In this document: positions 23,337 to 37,053 of the stretch, piece after piece
How the letters are laid out: the number at the start of each line of letters is the position of its first letter
How positions within the stretch are numbered: the stretch's first letter is position 1
Source: Seison nebaliae
Lineage: Eukaryota
NCBI GenBank assembly: GCA_023231475.1
Contig: JALJEE010002080.1
Span: 1-46,874 of the forward strand
Length of the DNA: 46,874 bases
Reading direction: 5' to 3'
Translations under genes and position numbers: made by a program
The notes under the pieces: model-generated
Databases searched by the model: none
What the model was told of the DNA's origin: nothing
The model's input: the letters and a program-made list of their open reading frames with translations, nothing else

Positions 23337-26300
23337 TATCGTCATCGTTAATATGATAATGATGATTGAATGAGTATTTCATCGAATCAAAACCAAGAGG
23401 TAAAAGTCGATATTTATCAGAAAATTGAAACGAACTTTTCAATAACGATACATCACATTTTGGTGAGAAATCGATGGATGTATCATCGAACGATGTTTGT
23501 TGCTGGAAAGATTCGGGAGTATCTTCCATTTTCTGATTTTTCGATTTGAGTCGATTTTGAACTGTATTCGAATTGATATTAATAGATTTGGCATTCATCT
23601 TTTGAATAAAATGGTTCATATTCCATTGTCTTGATGTATGACGTTTCTCTTTTGACGATTTCTGTTGTTGATCGAACGACTTTCCCGATGATATCGAATC
23701 AACGGTAGGTGAAACTAATGGAGTGGAATCGTTATTGAATGAATTAGTATTGAAGACGGTTGATGATCGATTTCTTTTAGCTGTTGGAGCTTGAACGCTT
23801 AAATTTTCTAGTTGTTGTTGTTGTTGTTGTTGATTGGAATGATTATAAATTGATTTATTTGATCTCAAACGTTTTAATTTGTTATCGGTTGGAAGAAGTA
23901 AAACTAATTCGCCATTACCCCAAGTTCGTACAATATAATGTCGATTATATCGATCCATAAATTCTAACCACTTCTTGACCACTTCCGGCCAATGTAAAAG
24001 AGATGCTAATAATTCCATCAATGGATTGAGTAGTCTTGTATCATAACATTCCAATCGAGTCTGGAGATAATAGAACCAATTAAAAATTTTTATGTTACAA
24101 AAACATAATTCGTTCGCTCTAGTCCGTTGAGAAATGACGTGATGGGAATTCAATTGATAAGGATGAGTAATCAATAAATTATGACGAACTGTATCTATGA
24201 TTATGAGTAACGCATAATTATAAACGTCGTTGCACAACCAAATCTTCCTCAGAATTTTATTGAGACAAGTCAAAGATAAATTTTGAATATCTCGAATTGC
24301 ATTATTCTCTTGACGATTCGTCAACTGATAATAAAAAGGAGTCATTGAATGACATAAGAAAATATGTAGACAATTCTGAGATAATTGAAAAGAAATGATT
24401 GCATCTGATTCTAATTTTAAACGATTCCTCCTCGAACCACATGATGGAGATGACGATTGAGAAAATGAGACGGATGACGTCGACAGAGAAGATAATGAAC
24501 ATCCCAAATTTACTTGTTTGTTATCATGATCATTGGAACGACTTAATTGTTCGTCGATCGCATGTGTCGATGTTGACAGACTTTTTAATTTATTTTCAAT
24601 TCGATTGAATATCATTCGAATTTCATTTGGTCCTGGTAGATTTTGAAAGAAGACTGGTCGAATTGAATTCGTATGAACAATACATTGTCCCGTCTGTCCA
24701 TGAATGATTGAGTTACTATGACGATTCTCCAATCCATTAATTAATGTATCTGTAAATGCACGGAGTACATATGTAGCTAATTGACGTACTGGAGGGAAAT
24801 TCATAGGAAATTGATGAAATAAAACGAATTGGAGGAGATACATCATCTCACAAATATCTCGATGAGTTCGACAGAAGATTGTTCTTAATAATTCTAAAGC
24901 ATTTCTATTAGATTGGGTGGTGGAATAGTTGCTTGTTATCATCCCACCAGAACTACTCGTCGACGAAGAAAGAAATGATGTTGATGAAGTTGATGAGACA
25001 CATCCATCTCGATAAAGGAAGGAATTCATCATAAATGTGTCGTTATTAAATCCTAATCGTGCTTTGAATTCCTTATACAAGAAAATGATTTTCTGTTCCA
25101 TTTTTATAGAATGATTATTCTGTTTCTGATTTTGTGTCGTTTTCATTCTTCGACTCTCATCTAACGGTATTCCATTTACGTACGTTTGTGCATACGTCGT
25201 CACAAGAGACGTAGCTTGATTGAGTGAAGAAGATAAAGATTTCGATGGTCTCGTTTGAGGAGGTAATGGTGGAGAACGATGTCTTTTAATTCGATTCGAT
25301 TGTGTCGACGATTCGAGATCTTTTATGATAAATTCTGTTGATGAGCCAAATTGATCAGACAAACTCTTTTCTTCTAACTCAACTTGTCTTAGAGTTTGAT
25401 GATTATCACCATTTAAATTTTCTTCATTCGTAAACTCCAATTCAGTGTCACTAATCTTCGTCACTTGTAACATCGGTGATGGTTTTCTATCATGTTGTTT
25501 CGATTTTATCGATCGATGTCTAGCGCTATGACCTTGACTGTTTTTCGCAAATAAATGAACGGAACTATTCTCGTCGCTGGACGATGGATGTTCCTCCATA
25601 TTCGATTCCACTTCTTCCACTTCCTGAAATTTGAGAGAATCAGGAAATATTTTCATTTGTCTCTAAAAATTAAATTTAATTGAGAAATTCAATTTGAAAT
25701 TAGAAGAAAACTTTTAAATAATCTTCTTCCACATTTATTGCAATTGAACATGAGAAATTCTTTTGAACATTTGAATCAAATCCACTTTCACTATCATCAG
25801 TCGTTCGATTTGTCGTTGTTGACGATGATGAGATTGTCGTATCTCCAATTAGTAACGGTTTCTCAGCAAACAAATTCGGCGCGAATATAATTTGAGTTAT
25901 CCAAGCTACCACTAACATCTGGTTAGCTAATCGACAAATATTCAAAATTGACATATTTCCAACACCTTCCGATTGAAGCATTGCAGCGAATAATTGACGA
26001 TCACTATGTTGGAGATCGAGAGGATCTTTCGAACCTTCTTCCAGAAAATTAATCAGATTCACTTTCAGTTCTTCATGAACATTAATAATTTTTGGTAGAT
26101 CTAACGAAGTAGATGAATATAATAGAAAGGAGATAGATGGAATTCTAACAGATTTCTGGATGACAAACATTCACATTTGATGGTAATGTGGCCGATCGGT
26201 GATTATGAAAAATTTTGATTAAATAATATTCTCGAAATCTCGACCATAATAAACAAAATTTATTGAGACGAATTCTTCTCAAATCGTTTGAGGATTGACT

Positions 26301-27217
26301 TCTCCATTGAATTCTCAAGAACTTTATAGATATAAAAGTTGAAACAATTGAAATTCAAAAAAACAATAACGTCACGATGAATATTCGTTAGAATTAATTT
26401 GACTGTCAATACACATTCAATTGCTTGAATATCATTTATACTGGAATTGGATTCCTTCCGATCTTCCGGAATGAAGCATTGAGTAGAATTAAAAAATTCA
26501 TCTTCAGAAAAATAATTGGAAATTGAAATGAATAAAAGAGAAAGAGAAACGTTTGTAAAGATTTCCGAATAGTTTATGTTCTAAATCATGTGCTTCATCT
26601 CCCAGAATCAGATACCAAATAAGAAATAATCGAATCGCATTCTCTCGAATCTACAAATCGACAATAATCTTCGAACGAATTTGAAATTTATCTAACACTT
26701 TTCTGGTTAGAGAAGGAGAGCATCATATGGAAACATTCTCTCAATTGTGTCTCCAATTTCCTCTCATAAAAATAATCTGGATTGTTCACGAATAATAACT
26801 TAAATGAAAATAAGTTTTTTTTTTTTCAAATTAAGAATTGAAAGAAAACTTCCAATAAATCAAAAAGATTTTTCGCTTCATCCTCGTTATCTTTTGAAGG
26901 TATTAAAAGAGAAAATAAACAAAATAGTTGAATAATCAAAACTTTTACTCGGTTTATTTGTCTGTAATCGTTCGAAGATATGTCTGAAAATTCCAATTAG
27001 ATCAATAATTTCCGATTCAATCTGAACTCGCCGTTGACTTTTAGATAGAAGTTCTGGGAAATTAGAAATTTAATTTATTTTTTGGGTAATTAAATGAACT
27101 TAAAAATCGTACATAATGTTTGAGACGATAAGAATTGTCTCGTTTGGATAAGGCTTTATTCTTCTCGCTTTCCACTTCCTTCAACTTCCCCGTTTTCTTT
27201 AATCGATTACTCTTCAT
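17255..27217 (-). CDS. RALGAPA: Ral GTPase-activating protein catalytic alpha subunit, about 3100 aa
   Basis: N-terminal RLKH and IRENAIRLFLIW motifs. C-terminal Rap/Ran-GAP domain HKIACLFV...GLGWWVD...FHISTRMP...KKLSHLGNDDIHIVW...PTELADVIICIYPMK...GPLHDGCLV. Inferred introns: 27099-27054, 26942-26891, 26849-26799, 26696-26651, 26550-26502, 26370-26322, 26149-26101, 25711-25663, and about 23177-22951. The 3' end may extend further by splicing. Confidence 0.9.
21278..21313 (-). repeat. (CAA)n coding microsatellite encoding poly-Gln
   Basis: Run of ttg repeats on the + strand, translating to HQHQQQQQQQQQQ in RALGAPA. Confidence 0.9.
23304..23348 (-). repeat. (GAT)n coding microsatellite encoding poly-Asp
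   Basis: Run of atc repeats on the + strand, translating to DDDNDDDDDDDDDD in RALGAPA. Confidence 0.9.
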
Positions 27218-29685
27218 TCTCCGTAGAAAGTGTTGAAGGAAATTTGTGACTTGTCTCTCACGTCGTTCTCTTCATTCGAATAATCATCTGCACATGCAAA
27301 AACAAGAAAATAAATATCGTATGTCATTATATAATTTCTTTTTGCCAAAAAAATTCCAGAGAGAAACATGAAAATTTGGAAGAATAATTTCATTAAAAAA
27401 CAAAGGTAGAGAACTTAAAATGAATGGATAAGAAATAGATTTAATTCATTCGTCCTCCCATTAAAGATGACGGTAATAAAATGAATATATTTTTTTAAAC
27501 GAACAGAAATGAAATCATCTTCGACATCATCATGAATATGATCGTCATGATCAGGAGAATTAATAGACTCGCTCAATCAACAAACAATACGTAATGTTTA
27601 GCTTATGTGGGGAGAATGATTCTCGTATATTTCTCCCTACTGATAAGGCCAATTGGATGAGAGAGTGAGAGAAGGAAAGAGAAAAAGTTAAGCCTGTGTG
27701 GAAAGGTGAAAGAAGATGTTGAGGTGTAGGGGAGGGCAGAAACGATAATAAATATTAAATTTCTTTCTCAATTTGAATAAAAAAAAAAAAAAGAAGAAAG
27801 ATTGAAAACGAATTCTTCCTCCAACAAATAGAGAGAGACAGACGTTAAAAGAGAGAAAGTTCAATCCAACACTTTTCTAGAAAGACGTAATGAAAATATT
27901 AAAGTTTATCATGAACAGAGAACCATAGCACATACCGACCTTTCCCTATAGTAGTAGAAGTTAATAAAATGATTCTCTCTCTTACGTCCTACCTCTCTTT
28001 CTCTCTCTTACATTTGCACATCGAATGAATAATTAATTAAATTGAGAGTTCATCTTCTGTTCACGTAACAAGATCCTCCTGTTCAATTCACTTATTTACA
28101 TTTTTTATTCGTCCAATTCTCTTATATCACTAAAGGCACATAGTTGGGGCGATTATTGAATGGTCATTAAAAAAAATAATTTTCAAATTTTCGAAATGAA
28201 ATTCATGTTATATTTTTTAGTTACCTCTCGATTTTTCGTTGAACATATCGTATTTCATATAATGTATTTTTTTTACTGTGTATGTGAAGTGTTCTCTCCT
28301 CTCTGAGACGAATGTTTCTTTTATTATTACGAATACTTTCTTGTGGTAGTATATATCGATGTGTCATGTCGAAATAGACGTACAGTACGGATTTATATAC
28401 GTTTAACTATTCGGAAGGGAAGGAAAAAAGGAAATAGAACGAATTACATATTTGACCCCGCTATGTATACATGAACGCATGTCAGTATGTTGATGTGTGA
28501 GTGTATGTGTGTATGTGAATGTGTAAGGGAATTGATCGATTGAGGTCCTTATCTCCGTCAAACAAACTTCTCCCCAACTGTCATTGAAACGAAGAATTCC
28601 TGAGTTAAGAGTAAACAAAAAATATTTTATTTTTTAGATAAATTTATGAAAGAATCTCCAGGAAAAATGATAATAGATAGAATGAAGAGAAAATGAAGAC
28701 AAATTAAAATCACCTTATTCGAAATTTTTTAAAGAATATTTCAAGAAACAAATTGATGCACATTGAACTTTTGATTAGTTCAGATGATAATCATGAAATT
28801 TGTTAGAGTGGAATAAGTGGACGGATGATTCATTCCCACAATCGTTTATTAGGGAAAAGTTGTTATTATTGAATGATGAATAATAATGTGAGGAAAATCT
28901 CCTTGTCTGAACGACAATAACGAAAACAATAGAAAGAATAGGAAAAAGAAAGATGAAAGAGGATTACAAAAATTGAATTCTCTCATCAACTTCACCAACA
29001 CCAACAAAAAACTATTAGAAAGTAAAATAATAAGAATTTCATAGAATTAAATTTGTTGAGAGTTTCATCAGGATGAGGCTTGTAAAGAAGAAATTTGAAG
29101 AAAAAATTGTTTTTTTTTTTTTCTCCCCTTAAAAATGACACATTCTCCGAACTATCATAAAGTTGATGACGACGGAAAATGATTTAAATAAATTCATTAC
29201 TAATGAAGCGCAACATAATACATCTGTGTACAGGTAAATGGTTTCCGTCGAGAATATCAAGTAAGAAGAAATTTTCTCAAAATTTTCATTCTCCGAAAAT
29301 AAACCTCAAGAAGATACACTCCAGAAAAGGAAAGACATTTGAAAAAATAATAAAAGTTTAAGATGATGAAGAGAATGTCAAATATGTTTGAAGAGAATCG
29401 TTTGGTCGAGTTTCTGTGAGGAATGAGAAGATGAATAGTTTACTGTCCATCCATTAGTTTTTATTGAATAAATGATAAATTTTCATACTGATAATGATGA
29501 TGAAGTGGAGGTGTTGGTAAATGAAATAAATTTGAGTCGTTAGTCTGAAATTCATGGAAAAGAAAACGGAGAATGTTGCATGAGAAATTGATGAAAATAA
29601 TGTGATTTATTTGTCATCATCACTGTGTCTCATTGATGAGATATCGAATGTCATTGATGGAAATTCCTTTGGATTCCCTTTCACT

Positions 29686-32113
29686 TTAGTCAACTTTAAC
29701 GACCGAATAAATATATCGTAGGAAAAGGAAACATGCAAAGAATCCGAGAGTACCTGAATGAAAAAAAGAGAAATTGTTAGAAAAAGAAGATTAAAAGAAT
29801 GAGAACGTTCTTTATAATGAGAAAGAAAGTAAGAGAAAAACTAACCAGAGAAAACGAAGAGGATGAAACAAATCATTGTACAATATCCGAAATAAAGGAA
29901 CATAGATGTCGCTCCCACCATTTCACTCTTTGCTATGTAGTAATGGATCGAATATAAGAAGAGATAGAAAGCGATGCTTCCACCAGTGAAGAAGCTTCGC
30001 CACCACCATCGATAATCTTCAGCACATAATTGGAAATAACATAAGAGAATGCTCGTTTCGATGATGGTGATGATGAGGAAGATATAGACGAAAAATAAGA
30101 GACCGAACATATAATAAAATTGATGAGCCCTAAATGAATGACGTGAATGAAGAGGAGAAAGAAAGGAGGAACCAGATACTGTTGAAGATGAAGAACAATT
30201 GAATGAAAATACATCCGAACGGTAAGAGACCACCGATGATGATTGACGGTGTCGTTCTCAAGAATGTGGTAATATCTGGAATTTGTCTTGGAATCTGATT
30301 GGTGTGTACCGGAACTGAAATTACTGCTTGTCGATTTCCGAAATATGCGCCGAACATCACCAGTGGTACACTGATACCAAACCAGAGAGCTAGTAGTGCA
30401 CAAAGAATGCCAAAGGAGATGGTGGACGAACTTTTTGCAAAATACAAAATAACGTTCAAAATAAAGAACATTCCGTATAAGATTCTATCAACAATTCTTA
30501 TTAGTAAATGGAAAAGACAATAAAATGAAACGCTGGACATAATATTGATGTGAATATGGCATTTCGTTTCCATTGTTTGCCACCGAAGAATTTGAATAAT
30601 CTCGACGATGTATATCCAGCTAATGATCCGAGTAGAACAAACACAACAATTCCACATGTGGTCAATGCACCTCGTGATGCAGGTGAAAGGAAACCAAGAC
30701 AAGCGAGAAATAGTGTGATGAATAACATGGTAGATAATTGGATTCCAGTTCCAGAAAGAGCCGAAAGAATATGATAATAATATGGAGCACGGAAGATATC
30801 GGCGTGAACGAGTTTCCATCCAAATTCCTCTTGAATCGGATCATCCGGATTATCGATGGGTAACGAGTTGTCAAATTTATTATATCGAGCGACATCTTTG
30901 TAGACGGTGCGCAAGAGAACCATCGCCACCATTCCTGATAGAACGAACATCGTTACCATCGAGTTGCCAATGGAGAACCATTGAATTTGTGGATTTGGTG
31001 GTTTCTCCAAAATATAATCCCATCTCGATGACCATTTAATTGAATTATTTTGCTATTTGAAAAATTAATTAATTAATTAAAATTAATTTTAAAAAATATT
31101 TTGAAAACTTTAAAATCGACAGAATATGTATATCTAATATCGATTTCTTTCACATCTTTCTTGAAGAATAATTGAGAACTGGCACTTCCACATGCCTTTT
31201 CTGATTTATAGTCGAAACTAGAAATTATTAATAAATCATTAAATGAGAAGAAAAAGAAGATGAACCTTTTTAATTCAACTTCCACTCGAACTATTCGACC
31301 ACCATTGTCACCCAAATTCATGTCCCAAGCAGCTCCATCTGCTGAATGATAATAGAAAGTGAATTCGAAATGATTGAACACCATAAATTCCCCGCCATGA
31401 TTATAGAAAGCAGAGAATTTACAATGTGGCATTCTAGGCATTTCTCGTTTTTCCGGGAAATAACATCCGATTGGTATTCCTCGATAACATACACGACGAT
31501 CTTTCGCTTCTTTCGTATTCCGATTCATTATACTTTCCGTATAACAGAAGAGAATGGGCAAATTATCACTGATCCAATGATTAACATAATTCTCATGAAT
31601 GATTCTCTTCAATAATTGAAAATCAGAAATTAATTTCTTCGTCTCTCCTCGCTTCTTCACACCAAATGTCTTCGTACACAAAATTTTACATTTGCGTTCA
31701 CTCAAAAATTCCACATTAAACGGCGACAACAATAATCGTTCACCCAATAAAATTTGTCCCAAATTCTCTTTCGGTTTATGTTTCGTAATTTGTGGTGTCT
31801 CTGCTTGACAAAATCCAACTCTGCAAAATACTCAATTTCAATAATTCCTCTAAAACGAAAATTTGCTAACGATTTATAATCATATTGAATGACACTCTCG
31901 TCACTATCAAGTCGATTGATATAAATCGGAACGTTGTTCTTTGAATGAATTATATAAATATTTAAATTGTATATTTAATTAAGAAGAAACTTCACATTTC
32001 TCGTTCGTCACACCTTTCTTACAATAGAGAATTGGAGATATTCCTGGAAGATAAAAACCATTCATCCATCGGATGGAAAGGAGAATGATAAAAAATAATG
32101 ATAACTGATTCAT
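29686..32113 (-). CDS. TM9SF2: Transmembrane 9 superfamily member 2
   Basis: Signal peptide followed by FYLPGISP, INRLDSDESV, ENLGQILLGER, WSSRWDYIL, IQWFSI, EEFGWKLVHAD, TNQIPRQIP, EDYRWWWRSF and the C-terminus YSVVKVD*. Inferred introns: 31990-31939, 31870-31821, 31265-31218, 31108-31053, 30531-30485, 30172-30130, 29845-29754. Confidence 0.93.
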
Positions 32114-33208
32114 CTGAACAAATTAAATAAGAAGGAGAGAATTTAATTTGAAGAAATATCAAATCGTTTTAATTTCTAAGAATTATTCTATTTGAAAGAA
32201 ATGGAAAAGGAAGAATATCAAATGAACATACGTCATATTAAATTGAACCAATTTCATGAACACAAGCAGAAAGTAGAGATATTTCTCATAAATAAATCAT
32301 CGGAAGTAATGAAAATAACAACAATGAGCAACGAGAAGAGAAACCATAATAATAATTGGATGAAGGTCTTAATACAACAGAAATAAAGGAGAGGACAAAT
32401 TATTAATTAATAGAATAAAAATTATTTTATGTCGATTTCCTATGAAAGATTGTTGGAAATGACATCGAGTTATTGATTGAAAATTTAGCCAAATTATGAA
32501 GTTCTATAATCATTCATCTCAAAAGTTTCACGAATTATTTCATTATTCACATTTATTATTTGTATGTATTAACAAGACAACTTACAATATGGTACGTAAC
32601 CAATATTTCTTTTTTAATACACTAAACCTTTCCAGTCGTTCGTTTTTATGAATGTTCAGTTTTTAAAAGTTCGTTTAAATTTCATAAGAATTGACAAAAA
32701 CGAATAATCAATAAAATAAACTTCAATACTTATACTAATGTCCAAACGATGACGAAAAAATAGTTTCTTATGGATTTTGATTTGAGAGAGGAAAAAATCC
32801 AGACTTTCCATTTCTTTTCATATACTTATCGTTGCTTTTTTTGTAAATACCAAAAATGATGAATAAGAGAAAAACAAAACGATATCACACTTATTTCCAA
32901 CATGCATTCTATTTATGTTGTATGATATACGAACTCTTATGTGTAAACATACAACTTTTCTTCTTGTTTATCATTCGGTTTTAACAAGTTTATGCATAAA
33001 AAAGGATGATATTTATTCTTTATTTTAACTTCTATTTTATTTACTAATTTCATAATTTTGTAAAATAAATTCGAGCACAAAGGAATAAACGAAACATTAC
33101 GGAAGGAAGTCGATAGGAAAGTTTTTATTATAAACTTAATATTAAATATATTAGCTCAAATGGTCACTAGTTGATCAGTTCGATATCGAAAGAAACGATT
33201 TTCAAAAT

Positions 33209-36200
33209 TCAAAATTTAAATTCTTCAAACTTTTTACATATCAATGAAATTTCATCTTCTGCGACGAATTGAAATTTTTCTGATAAATCAGAACTTCTTC
33301 GACTATTCCCTTCGCTGTATGTGTTCATATTATTAACAACACTACGATATTGAGAAAAATTTTCATTATTGAAATTGGTATCGATCGTTTTTCCAGTATC
33401 ATCATAATTGATAGGTGGTTTTGAGGTATTCGTCAAATTCGACACATCTATTTCATCGACATCATTTTCCTTGTCTTTTAACTTTCTCATTTGTTGTAAC
33501 GGAGTAATTGAAGATGATTCTTTTCCATCATCGTTGGAAATTTCGTCAATTGATTCTTTTCTTGAATCTGTCGAATGATTAGAATTTGACTCATCAATTT
33601 TTCTTGAATTGTCATCGGTTTTTCCATCCGCATTACTACTATTCGAATTTTCTGATCTTCTTCGATTTAACAAATTTTCATTCAATAATGATTTTGTGCA
33701 AGAATCTGTTAATTTCATTATAAATTGTTGCATCATTTCTTTTATTGAGCTGTCAGAAATATCATTATTCGAATGATCATCGATTGACGTTTTTCTTGAA
33801 CTTTCCACAATTGAATATTCACTAATTGATCCACTTCTGGAAGTGTTCGAAGTTCCTTTAATCGACTGGTCATCATTCAATACATTATCAATAATTTCTT
33901 GATCTTCTGATTCTCCTCTTGAGTTTATTGAAGTTCCTTCATTCGAATCTTTATCATTTTCTGATTCGTTTCTTTCATTTTCCCAATTTTCATTAATTTT
34001 TCCATTTTTTAAAGTTTCTTTGTTGAAATTCTTTTCACTAGATTCTTCTCTAATATGTTCCTCAATTTCTAAATTTGATTCATTTCCAGAAATGGAATGG
34101 TTCTCATCCATTGATGATTTTCTTGAACTTTTTGAAGTTCCATTATTTGAATATTTTTCTTCTGATTCGTCGTTCGAAATATTTTTATTAGAATTCTCCT
34201 TAATAGATTCTTTTCTTGAATCGTTTTTCACGTTTTCCTCATTTGCTTGTTTTGTTGAAATTTCTTCGTTTATGTTCTCGTTAATTGATTGTTTTCTTGA
34301 ACTTCTCAAAAGTTCATTAATCAGATGTTCTGAATTTGAATTAACTTCATTTGATTTTTCTTCGTTTTCATCATCTGTCATCAATACTGATTGATCATAA
34401 GGAGATAGTTGAAAGTTGAGAGAGTCATCATCAACATATTCTTGTTGAGGTCGTCTAGCGAAGATGATCTGCATAGCATAGATTGAATCTTTCATTCGAA
34501 TATCATTCATCAATTTATCTTTGTATTTATCTTCCTCTGATTTGTGAACTTCGCAGAGAACTTCACTAATTCTTTCGAAAACGAAACTTCTGTCGATCTG
34601 ATATTGAAGAAAATACTTTTGGTGTTTAATTGGGAACCATTCGGGAATATCAGAACAATAATTTTGCATATTCTCAATTCCAATCAAATGTGTAACATTG
34701 AGGAATTCATAGAGAACGATTGATGAGAATGATATATCGTTTTTGTCAATATCTTCATCAGAATGATTATCATCAACAGAAACATTCAATTGAAATTGAT
34801 AATAATCATCACTTCTAATTCTTTGGATGATTATTCTCAATTGACGATATTCCTTTTCACTCATCGTAAATTCTTCCATAGTTTTCCCAATGTCACTTGC
34901 GATTATTTTACAAATATTTCCAATAATTTCACAATATCTTCTAGGCAATTTTCGTTCCTTACACAAATGATATATATATCGAATATAACAAAACTTATTA
35001 ATCGCTTCCATTCCAAATAAATGACGTTGGAGATATTTGATGGAAGTTATTTGCATATCTGACATTTCCTCGTCTCTTCTGATGATCTGGTGGAACAATT
35101 CCACTCCAATCGTCTCCATAAGTAAGATGTTGATGAAAGTTTCATCTAATATTAAAAAATAAATTTTAAAATTTTTTTCAAAAACCAACTAACAATGTTC
35201 ATAATCGATTGGTGATGTGATGAAGGATGGGCAGAAATGATAAATTTTTATATTCTCATTCTTCAATAAACGAATTAAGAAGGCGAATAAATCAGTTCGT
35301 TCTCGCAAAAAATTTAATGGATGCATATCATAAAACCAGTCATCATGTTGATTGACTGTTCTTATATCCAAAAATTCTTTCACAACTTTTTCCATTTTCT
35401 TCATAAAACGTAACTGTTGCCTTTGGTAAGAGAAGGGTCCGATAATGAACTTTAAAGACGAAGGCCAATACGTTGCTTTGGTTACGGCAATTTGATACGA
35501 GAATATGCAACTATTAATTATACACTCCTCTATGTAATGTCGTGTGGTGTCCTCTCGTGCAGAATTCTTTCTTTTCCATCCATTCACTCGTATCGATTCT
35601 AAATGAAATTTTGTAAATCCTTCATTTCCAAAGGCTAAAATATAAAGATCGTCCGTAGTACTATTATTTGTCGCGAGTAGATCATACGTTAATTGTACGT
35701 GTGGACACCTTTGTCTAATAATCTTTTGACGACTTTCTCTTTCCGAATGCAAACATACTTTGACGATATCACATTTCTTTCCCAACTTCCCATGAGCGAG
35801 AGAATAATCGAAGTAATTTTGAATTGATTTTGATCGATTCATTGAATCCGTTGTAGTTTTTATTTCATTCTTCTTATACAACAAATTCCGCACCATAAAC
35901 CATGCTTGATTATCGATGGCGATATGAAGAGGTAATTGTAACGACTGGAAAGAGACATATAAATAATAAAAATGCAAAACTTCTAGAAATATTTTAACGA
36001 AAAAATTGGAGAAAATTTTTTGAAAAAAAATCAATAAAATTGAAGAGGATACGTGAAAGAGTCTTGTGACAAATATACGTGAATGGTTAAGAGAAAGGAA
36101 ATGAAAAAAAATCAAACTTTCGATGGTAAATTGAAATAATGATCGATGAGATGGTCAATGGCATTTTCGATGGAATCATCTGTCATAATTGGATGGATTT

Positions 36201-36753
36201 TCTTCAGAATTTGTTTCATCTGTTCACGATTGGAAAGAAGATTCATATAAAATTTGAAGCATTTCTTTGAGGAATATTTCACCATAAAATGCATTGCATT
36301 CCATCGAACCATTTCATGGAGATGTGGTGGTGAATCTGATTCACTATTGTACAAATATTTTGGATTTTCTCTCACTAACCATTTAATTTTCTCACAATTA
36401 TCATCAATAATATATCCACGAAAATTTAAGAAATGAGACAATTTTAAATTGGGATAAATTATTGGATTATCTATTCGAATTCTGTTATGGTGTTTTGACG
36501 ATGGTTTCGCTGGAGATGAAATGATATTTGATAAGAATCCAGAATCTTCATTTGACACTGGATTACTTTCATATGTTTTCAACGATTCTTCCGCTTCTTC
36601 TTTATTGGCATGAACTGTGAATGTTACATTTTTTGGATAAGTTTTCAAATCTTTTAAATTCTCAACAATATGAGGAAGATTCTTATTAATATTCTCATTA
36701 TTTCCATGGTCATTATTCCAATGAATAGAATAATACTTCTTATTCATCGTCAT
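33209..36753 (-). CDS. ANKLE2: ANKLE2/LEM-4-like protein with caulimovirus-VI-like domain and ankyrin region, and a long acidic low-complexity C-terminus
   Basis: YYSIH...FTVHANKEEAEESL; LVRENPKYL...DSPPHLHEMVRWNAMH; IDHYFNLPSK|SLQLPLHIA; IIGPFS. Inferred introns 36117-35945 and 35193-35146. Confidence 0.75.
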
Positions 36754-37053
36754 CTTTAAACTATCCGTTTTAGATTATTCAAGCCATAAATTCAATTTGT
36801 TCAATTGATATTAATTTAAATTTGGAAGAATGATAAATTATCACATTCATTATCTCTCCCGTTAATCATATTAATTATTAATTATTACAATTATTAGGCA
36901 TTATCAACAAATTAATCATTCATAATATCTAAAAATTAAAAAAAATTTTAATTTGATTTTCATTTACGATAATTGGGAAAAATAAGAATAAAACAAAATA
37001 ATATTCGAAATGAAATCATTAAAAATAGAGAAAAGTTTAAAATGCATTTTAAT

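Noticed and set aside
27910..27935. ACAGAGAA...TAGC resembling the U6 snRNA ACAGAGA box
   Set aside because: The flanks do not match U6 (no 5' stem-loop, internal stem-loop or U-tail), so it is probably chance.
27300..29680. 2.4-kb gene-free interval with GA- and TG-rich tracts and ORF 28403-28618
   Set aside because: No coding or structured-RNA signal was recognised. It is probably the RALGAPA promoter and 5'UTR introns plus the TM9SF2 3'UTR, and the ORF derives from a TG-rich simple repeat.
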